A stretch of 64,000 bases of DNA, from positions 15,062,587-15,126,586 of the forward strand of contig CM120648.1 of NCBI GenBank assembly GCA_051362555.1, read 5' to 3'. The notes below the pieces were generated by a model that was not told where the DNA came from, searched no databases, and was given only the letters and a program-made list of their open reading frames with translations. Shown here piece after piece: positions 12,501 through 24,500 of the stretch. The stretch is from Lingula anatina (lineage: Eukaryota > Animalia > Brachiopoda). Made by a program: the position numbers and the translations under genes. Position 1 is the stretch's first letter; each line of letters begins with the position of its first letter.

Positions 12501-15500
12501 AGACCCTACGTTCTGTTACAGCTATGGCGAAAAGGAGAGTCCTGAAGACTGATAATAAATGAAAATGTAATGTATTTTATATTTTATCCGTGTCTATATT
12601 TGAAAAAATAAGCTTAAACTATTAAGCCGATGAATTTCTCGGTGGATGGCACAGCGACCTCATGGACGAGTGGAACAGCGTCAGGCACTTATGGCTAATA
12701 TAAGTAGAGTATAGGCTGTCTTTGTGTTTCGTGTTCGATCCCTGAACCTCCTTTATATAATTGTTGTTTACTCATTTCGTTGCCAGTACAATTTTTCAAT
12801 TTTTAATAATATATCCATCACATATTTTATTTTAACTCACACTGGGAAAGGAGCAAATCAAACTATCAAAAATATGATATCAAAATAAACAGATGACCCA
12901 AAGAAATGGGACGATGTCCTCCCAGGCTGTGTTTTTGCTTATAACACCTCTGTACACGAAAGCACGAGATATTCTCCCTATTTTCTCATGTTCGGAACGT
13001 ATGTTCAGTCACTCTATCTAGTTAAACTATTTACGTCAAAAAGATTAAATATTTATGTTAAAGTAATCAATATACAACTCACAGTATACTATTTTTTAAT
13101 TTCATATACTATATAATTTGTCGTTTTACAGTTGTAATAATAAAGAATGCACATTGGAATTTGCACCTAGAAAATATGTAAAAAACCCAAAGAACCCAAA
13201 GAAATGGGACGATGTCCTCCCAGGCTGTGTTTTTGCTTATAACACCTCTGTACACGAAAGCACGAGATATTCTCCCTATTTTCTCATGTTCGGAACGTAT
13301 GTTCAGTCACTCTATCTAGTTAAACTATTTACGTCAAAAAGATTAAATATTTATGTTTAAGTAATCAATATACAACTCACAGTATACTATTTTTTAATTT
13401 CATATACTATATAATTTGTCGTTTTACAGTTGTAATAATAAAGAATGCACATTGGAATTTGCACCTAGAAAATATGTAAAAAATGTGCAAATTTTGTTAC
13501 AAATTATTTACATTATTCCAGTCAACCAACTCTACCTAAGGACAAGAGCAGAAATAGTGATACAGTGTGCTATGGGGAGGATGACATAGAAGAACGTGTT
13601 AAGCTAGTAAATTCTCTCCATGATGTCCATAGACCACAGGCACAGGAAAACATACAGTTTGCCCAACAAAAACAAAAGAGATGTTATGACTCGAGGCATG
13701 AAAATGAGGTATTTTTGCATTAAATATTCATTTATGTACTCTATCTAACAGCATGACATAAGTAACATAAACATTCCAATCTTCAATTCTTTGATTAACT
13801 GTTGGAAATAAATCCGAAAATTTTTCGACAGTTATGACGCCAATGCAAGCTATTATTTTAATTTACAGGAATTTGAAATTGGCGTTAAAGTTTTAAAACG
13901 CAACCTGCGCAGAGAGGATCGGAAGGGTGGAAAATCTGCACAGCGTTACCTGGGACCATACGTGGTGGTGGGAAAGGGTAAAACGAATGGGACTTAAATG
14001 TTGCGAGACAAATGTGGCGGGAAACTCAAGACCCCTGTAAATGGTGCTGCTCTTAAATTGTACCAAGAGAAAAGGTACTTCACATTGTTTGCAGTCGACA
14101 TCTAAAACATAAGAGCGTATATAACACAGTTTTACTCCATTATGGTTTATACTTGTTGGTAAATACTGTTATAAAATTGTATTATAACATGATCATTTTT
14201 CTATTAAACATATGCTGTAATACAAAATTTCCGTATTACAGAACACTACATGAAGACAACGAAGATGAACCACAGCCGTCTACGAGTGGAATGAATGAAA
14301 ATTAAAACGTCATATTGAATAAAATTCATTGTCATTCTTTCTTTGTTTTTGTTCACTTATTGCTTTCTTTTTCCATCCGTATTAAGTAGTTTTCTTAACA
14401 TGTAAAAATAATGAACGTTTATTTCTTTATATTTATTCAAAAATACATTAAAAAACAATTATTAAGTCTCAAGTGATTGATTGCTATCAATAAGTACGAT
14501 CATTCTGAAAGGACTCGGAATTTCAAAGCGGTCCAGGGTCCCTACGTTTCAAAATGCAGTGTCACCCGGACACTAGGATTCGAAACTTAGTGTCTTGCGG
14601 ACTGTCAGTTTTAAAACGTAGCGTCCGCCGGACCGTAAAAGGGTAGGACTCTCCGTTTCGTTACACCTGCCCAACTCTGCGGCGAATCTGATTAAAGTAC
14701 AATCTATGGAATCAGTTTCATTGACTGACAAACTTATCACCACATCGGGACGGCTACACCCCAAGTCAAACTAAAATCCCCATGTAGCACACTCATGCAC
14801 CAAAGAGTCATGTTCCTAATTCATGAAATAAATTTTAGTAAGATATTAGTCACACCCCAAGTCAACCCCCCCCCAAAAGATATCCCTATGCACACCCCGA
14901 AATTTTAGTTTCCCCAACCTAAAGACCTATGGGTATATAGCAGAAAATACAATGTAAAGATAATTGTCATCCACCCCTAGGGACTGCAGCACCCATAGTC
15001 ACCAAATATCCGAAGGACACATGCACATCCCTAATGGCAAGTAAAATATCCCAACGTCTCATGTTCCTCACTTTATTGGATAGGGGATAACAGTAACAAC
15101 GATATAAAAATATACCAAAGGACTGCAAAGTCTCATTTCTAAATATCTACGTGTAGATAGCAGATATTACTGTATAAAAATTACAATTAACCACCCTATG
15201 GAACAACCACACCCCGTACTTCAAACCGTTTCAGAGACTAACTAAAATCCTCGTTGCAAAATGCACTGCAGTTGCAAAACGCATTTTCACGACTTTCTTT
15301 GATTGTAAAATGCGTTGCAATTGCAAAATGCAGCTCTACAACTGTCATTATGATTGTGAATGGGCCCTTAATTTGAAAAAAAAAAAATGCAGCACACAGC
15401 ACTGGACAGCTGACTGCTTGAATGTCGGTCACGGAAACCAATTAAAATTTGATTGTTGTGTTCTTGGGGGAGATGACAGAAATTGTGATGTGTATAAAAT

Positions 15501-18500
15501 ATAAACCATCCTCCTTGGGGGCAGACACCATGGCAGATTCATCCTATTGTGTCAAGGCAACCCCGTTCTCATCCCGATTCTATCTCTAAATTATTTCAAA
15601 TTGTTCCAGTTACTTTAAAGAAATTAGTTGCTAAATGCATTACAGTCGCAGATTGCATTTTCACTTATTTCTTTGGTTGCAAAATGCAGCTTTACAACTA
15701 TCTTATTATATGGAATGACTCACCAGGCTGTAGTGTGATGTAGTTAATTTACGCTCTAATCTTTCACATTAAAACCATGTAACAGGGTATCAAATTCTCG
15801 GGTGAGGTGGAAGCATGAAAGCAATAGGCAATCATAAGCAATTATGCTTGAGACAAGGTTACTTCGCAATATAACTTTTTCAATTTATTATGTATAAATA
15901 TCATCCTACAAGCCTGTCGATCTTGCAGTTCAAGCACGTTAATTAGGCTGCTAAACAACAAGTGATGATTTTCTAGCCATGCGTGGATATACAATGTATT
16001 TGTATCTTTACACAAACTTAAAACGTATTTACTACTGCTAGGCTCCGAGTCGTGTGTACTGATTATTCAAGTTGTATGTTAATTTTACCCCTAAAAATAT
16101 ACTTCCGCTGACAGAATTGAAAATACGTTATTAATTTATATTAAAAAAATATTGTACTTAGTTATTTACATAACAACGTTGGCTATGTTAGAACCGCAAC
16201 TAAATGTTAAAAAATCACGGTATTGTACGACTTATTAAAAAAACCCCGCAGAATCATCACTATCACCTCGCGTACTAGGCAAGAGGGTGCCGCGTCTGAT
16301 ACATAGAAGCGCGTACTGATACACACCTTGAAAAACGACTGAGAAGATAATAACGCCACCACATCCATGCTTCAGGAAAATTTTGATTTAGAGTCTGCAT
16401 TAGGACATATAAGAAGCTTTACAAGACATGCACTAATTTATTAACCTTACTCTAATTTATTGAATTTTGCATTGTATTTTGTATATTGTATAATCCACCT
16501 ATTTAAGTTCCAAATAAACATTGTTATTATCAAATTATAATTAGTATTTTCATTATGTTATTATGCTGGTTGATGGAAACTGCATGTTGGTTCAATGATT
16601 GTCATGGAAGCATTATCAATATCAGCGATTTTATGTTTGTCGAATACAAGTGAAATATATAAGATCAAGTAAGAAAATAATCCAATTCAGCCAGACAGTT
16701 AATTACAAATCATGAGGGCAAATCATTTTAATCACGGGGTATTAACAAGTAGGAAGCGTTAATTTCTCTTACCCTCCAAGCCTTGCCCCCCTGTTCCTTA
16801 AACATGTAGGACCCCTTGGCTCTTCCCTCTGATCTTTCACTCACAGACCGATACCAAATACGAGGCGGCACGTCGTAATTGCCATGACGGTGAACCCACC
16901 AGTTACCGTGACATATGTCAACAATGAAGATGTCATCGTTTTCGCGAGCAGCAACACCGCAGTTACAGCCGATTGCTCTTGATCTTGTCGTACTGCAGTT
17001 CCAATGTCTTACTCGAACCTGAATATTGAAATTTAGAAAACGTCATTATTAACTTGTGGATTATAAATTTTTATCGCTTTTATACACTAAATACCCAATT
17101 AAAACATATACTCAACTGCACGTCATTAGATTAGGGACAAGTCATTATTTAACTCAGAGGGGGCTGGGGTGGAGTAGAGTATGCCTGTGATAAAAAAAAT
17201 CCCGATAGCATTCAAATACAGACTTGACATTTAATTTGGAATATTTTTTTCCAAGTCATTTTTCATCATTTTTTTCCTATTTTGCTGACTGATAAATGAA
17301 AATAAGGATAAAAATCGTGTTTTTATAACTTTTAATTATCTCTTTGATGTCATTGTGACATCAGTTCATAAATTGAATTTGCCAGAGAAGCAAACAAAAA
17401 CACAATGCCTATCCTATGTCATACGACAACCATTAAAAGATATATTTTGGATCTCCATATTTTTCAAATTATATACTTATTCGTTTCACTTAATCGCATA
17501 TAAATCATTTATTGTCTAATAACTCGCAACGAAAAACACCAACCACCGTTTCCAATACAAATCATTTATTTCGTTAACCCTTGCTATGAGCTGCTGTTTG
17601 CTTGGCTGCGTTACAGAATGCGTACACACCACGCACTGACTGTCCTTCACAAACTCTCCGACTATAACCATTTACAAACTTCTCTTATTTCCTCTACTTC
17701 TGCTGTTTTCTTTTCAACCACCTTTTATATATTTCAATAAATTCTTTCGTTCCATATTTGAACTATTTCATTTTTTATAGATATATTACCGAATGTGTAA
17801 ATGCCCAGAATTTACTGTACATCAGAAACCACTATTTTCTAATGTCTTATCCCAACTACTATCTCTTCTTTGTTACCAATTTTGTACATTTTACATTGAT
17901 CTATGTTTTCTTCATTAATCATAATTATTTCTAAGCACATACCCTTTAATACTCCAATTAACTTATTACAACTGTTCCATTTTGTGCCTTCTCTGATGTA
18001 TTACTTTCTTGACCAAACTTCTATATCATTTAAAATATTCTTTGTTTTATATTTGCGATTTACTTGGACCTGACGCAGCAAGCTGAAAACAGCCTCGAAT
18101 GAAATCTGCTCATCTCACATTTCCTTTTATACTATTGTGCAATGCACAATCTGCGCATGTCAAACTCCCCGCCCTATGAACTCATTTCCTCACCTGAATT
18201 GCTTCTCTAACACATTTTGCGTTGACTCGTTAAACGACAATAAATTCATTTATATACTTATTCGTTTCACTTAATCGCATATAAATCATTTATTGTCTAA
18301 TAACTCGCAACGAAAAACACCAACCACCGTTTCCAATACAAATCATTTATTTCGTTAACCCTTGCTATGAGCTGTTGTTTGCTTGGCTGCGTCGACCACA
18401 AAGAACGGGCAATTTTCATTTATTCTTATTCTTTAAAAAACAACCATAAAATCATTTTATTATTAAGACATATATGTATACTTACCAGCTGAAAACAAAT

Positions 18501-21500
18501 ATATATTTATATATTTATCTTTATAACAAATTTAAAAATGAACACGTATTATTTATCTTAATATTTCTTTTTATATACCAATATTTAGAGACACTTGAAT
18601 CCTTTTTGACAAACTATCTTTTATATATCCGTCTTTCGCTTTATCGGAAATCCAACGTCCATGTTTTTTAAACAAACGGTCTTTTACTCCAAAATTTCCT
18701 CCCGCACGCATACTATGTAAACTAAACTTTTACTTCTTCAAAATTACTCGCCCATTTTTTCCATCTCTGAAATACAGATGAGTACTTGCATACAGTATTT
18801 TCTGCTCTTGAATGTTCCAAAACCTGTGGTAAATCTGCATCCAAACTCTTTAGTGTTGTGTCCTGTACCTCTCTCATCTTTGTCCAAATCCCTGTTCTGA
18901 AAATCTGTAATAGAAAATGTCCTTTCGCATCAATACCACAAATGTAATTTCTATGCTACTTGTCTTTAATCTTTCTCTCTGATCTTTATTTATTTCATTA
19001 TGTTAACTTCCCTATTCAACATTCACCTTACAATTCCTCTTTTGTATGACATATTTTCATTCTATAATTTGCATTTTTTTTTTAACTTCAACCTGCAAAC
19101 ATATAACAGATTTTTCTTTTAACCATTACCATGTCATTATTTTTATAATTTATCAATATGTATTAATTTTACATGTAAAACTGAATTTATATCCCATTTA
19201 TCTTTTCAAATCCAATTTTGATTCCTATTAAATCTCATTTTGATTCATTTCTAATCACATCTCGATTTATATCCAATCACATCTTGATTCATATTCATAT
19301 CGAACCACACCTCGGTTCATATCAAACCACATCATGGTTTTATCAAATGACATCTCAATTTATATCTAACCACATTTCGATTCTCATCGAACCACATCTC
19401 TATTTGTATCAAACCAAATTTCTGTTCGCATCAAACCAAATTTCTGTTCGCATCGAACCAAATTTCTGTTCGCATCGAACCACATATCTGTTCGCATCGA
19501 ACCAAATCTCTGTTCGCATCGAACCACATATCTGTTCGCATCGAACCAAATCTCTGTTCGCATCGAACCACATATCTGTTCGCATCAAACCACATCTCTG
19601 TTCGCATCGAACCACACCTCTGTTCGCATCGAACCAAATTTCTGTTCGCATCGAACCACATATCTGTTCGCATCGAACCGCATCTCTGTTCGCATCGAAC
19701 CGTATCTCTGTTCGCATCAAACCATATCTCGGTTCATATCGAATCACATCTCGATTCAATTATCCAACAAATCCATCTCTATCTTATTTTTGTTTCTTCA
19801 TAAATGAATATACTACATAAAATCTTGTGTAACGAATGTCATGATCCATTATAAATCCTTCAAATCACTTCTAGATTTTATCATGTTCCATTGCATTTTA
19901 TAATTTTCAACCTTTCACCTACTTTAAATCTAATCTTGATCTAACCTTTTTATTCAGAACAATCTATCCTTATTGCCAGAATTTGATGCTTGAAGTTTTT
20001 TGATCCTATATAAGAATTTTTGTTTTTCCCTTGTTTGCAAATATCACATCCGTTCTTAAACTTTATTATATCCTTAATATACGATTTCCATTTTGAATTT
20101 TCATCTTGTAACAATGGCCAAAATGTTGCTGATTTCCAGTCTGGTACTACCAAAGTACCCTTTGCTTTGCAACCTAGTAAATGATTTATAACTTTTGGCA
20201 CTAATACTACTGGAGGTACTAACCAATTATTTTCGTTTGACCAATCCTGTAAAAATGCATCAACCGCCTCTGTATTTGGATTCCAAAATTTTGAATTAAA
20301 ACGAGTTACTTTTGTATTTTCATAATTAGCAAATCTATCTATTGTATAGGATCCCCATTTTTTATTCATAAAATTAAAGAAATTTTCCGTGACTTCCCAA
20401 TCATCTGTGTCTATAATTTTACTAGTACTGTTTTTACCGTATGTTCTGTATATGGCCATATTGTCCACAGGCGAAGCACTGGTCGTTTGGGTTTGGGAAT
20501 CTTTTTCTTCGAAATAGAAAGCTTCCTCGATCAGATATACCTGCAAAATTGACTGATGCAGTATAATTCTTTTTATTGTAATTAAACTCGTTTTTGTTAC
20601 GCCTATTTTGATTTCGTATTCGCATTTTTCTACTGGCTCTCATTTGTGCAGACCGTATTTTCTTTTTATCATCACTATCTTCTGCTAGGTCATCTGATTC
20701 GTATTCTTTTACTGCTTCCCAACCTGCTTCTGACTTGTCTGCTATTCTTATAAGTTTATTTCTCTTTTGTAAAATGTCAATGCCTTCTTTTAGTGCCTTA
20801 CGAGCCTCTTTTACATGTCCGTCCTTAATCAACATATCAGCTTTCTGCATATTTTCGATTACTTCAGTATTTATTTCGAACTGCTTTTGATTTCCCGCAA
20901 ATTTTAATTTTTTCTGTACTGTCTTGGCTTTTTTATTCTGACTTTGACTTTCTTCGACGAGCTCCCTTTTCAGTGATTTAAACTGTTTGTCCATATAAGA
21001 CTTGAACACAGAAAATGTGTCCGTCATTTGTCCAGCTGAGCTGTTATCATTTACATCACCTTTCTCATTGAAAGCTCCTTCATTGCCCTCTTCTTTATCT
21101 TCTACTGCCAAATTTAAGAATTCTCTGCTCTCACTCTCGGAATCTTCACTCTCCGAGGTTGACTCCCTTCTTCTCTTCGACATACCAGCGATTTACTTGG
21201 ACCTGACGCAGCAAGCTGAAAACAGCCTCGAATGAAATCTGCTCATCTCACATTTCCTTTTATACTATTGTGCAATGCACAATCTGCGCATGTCAAACTC
21301 CCCGCCCTTTGAACTCATTTCCTCACCTGAATTGCTTCTCTAACACATTTTGCGTTGACTCGTTAAACGACAATAAATTCATTTATTGTCTGTAAAGAGT
21401 TACACGCTCCACAAAGGACCCTTGCGTCACTGTCTAGTCACAGTAACGGTCGCTGTTATGCCTGACTTCTTCTGGCTGCTACCAGCGCTCTCAAGTGGCA

Positions 21501-24500
21501 AGGCATTCCTTGGGATAGGTTTTTAGAGTTCAATCTGGAATAACATTCCAGGCATTGGTCACAATCTGTCCAATTTGGTCCAGTTTTATTGTAAGACATG
21601 TAGATCATTGATTCGGCGAATAATGGCCTATCCACATATTGTCTCTGTAGTTCAAATGTGACGATTTTGATGGCCAAGGAATCTGCTCATTTCCTTGGTT
21701 CTGTAAGTAATATGCTATTAAGAGTGCCCTGTGTGAACCGACAATCTCACCGTGCAACCTAAAATTGTTCCTAAGGTGCCCCGTATCAAATGATATACAC
21801 GTGGTTCCCAGGTTATTCCTTTATTTGATATGGTTCAGGTTTTCGTCAATGACTACCATTAGTGCTTTGGCACCAATGTGGTATTCACTCCAAATACTGA
21901 CGATGTTAATGACCTTCGTCACTTTAGACGCGGCGCACGCTTCGCCGTTAGCCTCTTCTGGATGTCTGTAAACTCTCTTTTGACTGTAGAACAGTTTCAT
22001 TAGCTATGTTATTGAAATAAACTTGTGAAGATTCTTTTGTGTATAGCTGTTTATATTAGTCTGATCTTACCATCCAATATTTCATCTGCGTGTGTGGGGA
22101 AAAATACATCGGAGAGACAGGACGTTCCTTAGCAGAAAGAATCGCGGAACATCAAAAATCGATCAAAAAACATGATAAAAAATCTGTCCTCAGCCAACAC
22201 CAGGAACAGAAACTGTGGTTACCCGGAATGGGCTATAAAAGAAGGGGAAAAGAAAGGAAGACAAAAACAACAAAGGCTAGGAAACAGGACTGAAAAAGAA
22301 AAATCCAAAGGATATGCGGTATTACCGTACATGAAAGGGGTTAGTGAAAAGCTGAAAAGAGCATTCATAAAAAGGAATGTAGTATTACACCATAAGGCAG
22401 GACAGACATTAAGAGGCATCCTAGTGTCCCCAAAGGACAAATTAGACCCAGGAGAACAGTGTGGAGTTGTATACCAGTGTGAGTGTCAGGTGTGTGGAGA
22501 GATATACATCGGAGGGACAGGACGTTCCTTAGCAGAAAGAATAGCGGAACATCAAAAATCGATCAAAAAACATGATAAAAAATCTTCCCTCAGCCAACAC
22601 CAGGAACAGACAGGGCATTGTATAACATCAACAACCATAGAGGACATAAAAATCTTGGAAAGAGAGCCACGAGATCTACACCGGAAAGTGCTTGAAGGTA
22701 TTAACATCCGCTTACATGGGGCAAAGTTGAACAGGAATGATGGGACTGAGCTATCCAACCTCTACCTACCACTCCTAAGGGAGGGGCAGGCAAGGGGGGG
22801 ATCTGACCAAATAGCACACCAGAGGGGGTGACAGGTTGTCATACCTGTCACAACCTCATTCCCTGATGAAATCTGACTGCAAGCAGATGAAATATTGGAT
22901 GGTAAGATCAGACTAATATAAACAGCTATAGACAAAAGAATCTTCACAAGTTTATCTCTTTTGACTATCTGAGCGGTACATGTGAAATCTGACCTCAATT
23001 AAGAAAGCCACGAGGTTTCAGTGTTCAACCCAGAAACGGTCAAGGTTCCCAGTTCGTTAGAGAAACATACAACGATGTTATGCTGTTTACAGTGTGTTCC
23101 TCAGAGGTTGTCTGGTATTCTAACTTGCTAAAGCCAGTTTGGTGCTGGCTAAGGGCCTTAAAATGCGTTTTGGTGGCAATTTACCCCTCATTCCGAACGG
23201 ACTGGGTGGTTTTTGTTTAGTTGCAACAGCATATCCAGAAAGACAGTGGGTCATATACCCCGATGCTAAGATTTCAGTGCATTGGGTGTGGCCTCTGTGT
23301 AGACACATCAGTCTGGGCATTACTCTGTAAAACTGTGCGGACCGTTTCGTTTGGCGCAATTATCTGTCTGTCTTTTTCGCGCCATTCTGCCACAGATTAA
23401 CAAATTTGTAAAGCATTGCATAGCTCATTTTACACACTGCAAAACCGACCATTTGCATTCAAAATTTAAAATTCCTCTATGCAGTTGTTGCCGACATATG
23501 GATACTTTTTTTGACAGAACCATGCTTTGCCAAAGCCAAGCTTTTATCTGCCCAAAGAAGCACTGCCCAATTAAATCACTGCACTTACCTAATGCATCTG
23601 CGCAACAAACTTGGTATTCAGTTAATTGGGAGCGTCACACTTCTCCCTTCACATATCTTATATAAGATGGGAGTTTTTGAAAAAAGAGCGCATTTTTTCC
23701 TAGGCACACCTTCGAAACTGAAATATTCCATATTAGATGTCAAGTTTGTATTTTCGGGATTCTCTAACTAATTGAAAAATTCATGCCTCCCTCAAAAAAA
23801 AAGCTCGAACGAAAATACTATATACAATTTATTTATTTATTTGTTTCTAAAGGATATTTCAAGGAAATATTTATCATTTGAAATCCAAGTACTACGTCTT
23901 GCCACGTTTTACTCGGTTCATATGTACCTTTAAAACCGGGAAATTGATTTAAACAAATAACGTAGAAATAAAAAATCCCTTGATCACCCACTTTAAATAA
24001 TTAGATAGTTAGTAAAAATAACAATTCATGTATAATTTTTTAAATAGATAAGTCTTAAGTTCCCTTTTAAAATTAGCCGGGAAATCTATCTTACGCAGTA
24101 AAAACAGCGTGTGCATATACTAAAAATTAAGAAAAAATAATTCTTGCATTTATGGGCATACATAGAAAGGGGTAATGTGACCGTCACCAGATGTGAGGCA
24201 AAAAACTTGACCAGAGGTATTTTGAATACGTTGCAGACGTTTTATGTCTTCTTGTGGACATCCACAAAGAAGAATTGGAAGCATCACTTTACTTCAATGC
24301 AGTGTCAAAGCAGCATAGGATAAACAGGTAACATTGTCTTCCTTTCTTTCTGAATGGGAGAAGAAAGCACAACCAGCAGAAACTGATGAGAGTTCTCATA
24401 GCAGTGATTCAGAGAGTGACTTTAAACAAGTTATGGGCATTGACACTGTTTGTTTAAAAATTGTTTTTTTCTCCTGTCACAATGAAGGCATACTAATAGT

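Larger units (their letters stand above)
17473..21386 (-). mobile_element. DIRS-order tyrosine-recombinase retroelement with split direct repeats (PAT/Ngaro-like), internally deleted
   Basis: Repeat A is at 21188-21386 and 18055-18253 (199 bp); repeat B is at 18254-18392 and 17473-17611 (139 bp). Minus-strand order: A-gag-MT-YR fragment-B-A-spacer-B. Confidence 0.85.

Noticed and set aside
12845-14305. Gypsy LTR retrotransposon
   Set aside because: No LTR, RT or gag; introns and TIR-like ends fit Ginger.
19218-19820. 200-aa and 116-aa repetitive ORFs as real proteins
   Set aside because: They are by-products of a stop-free 21-bp minisatellite.
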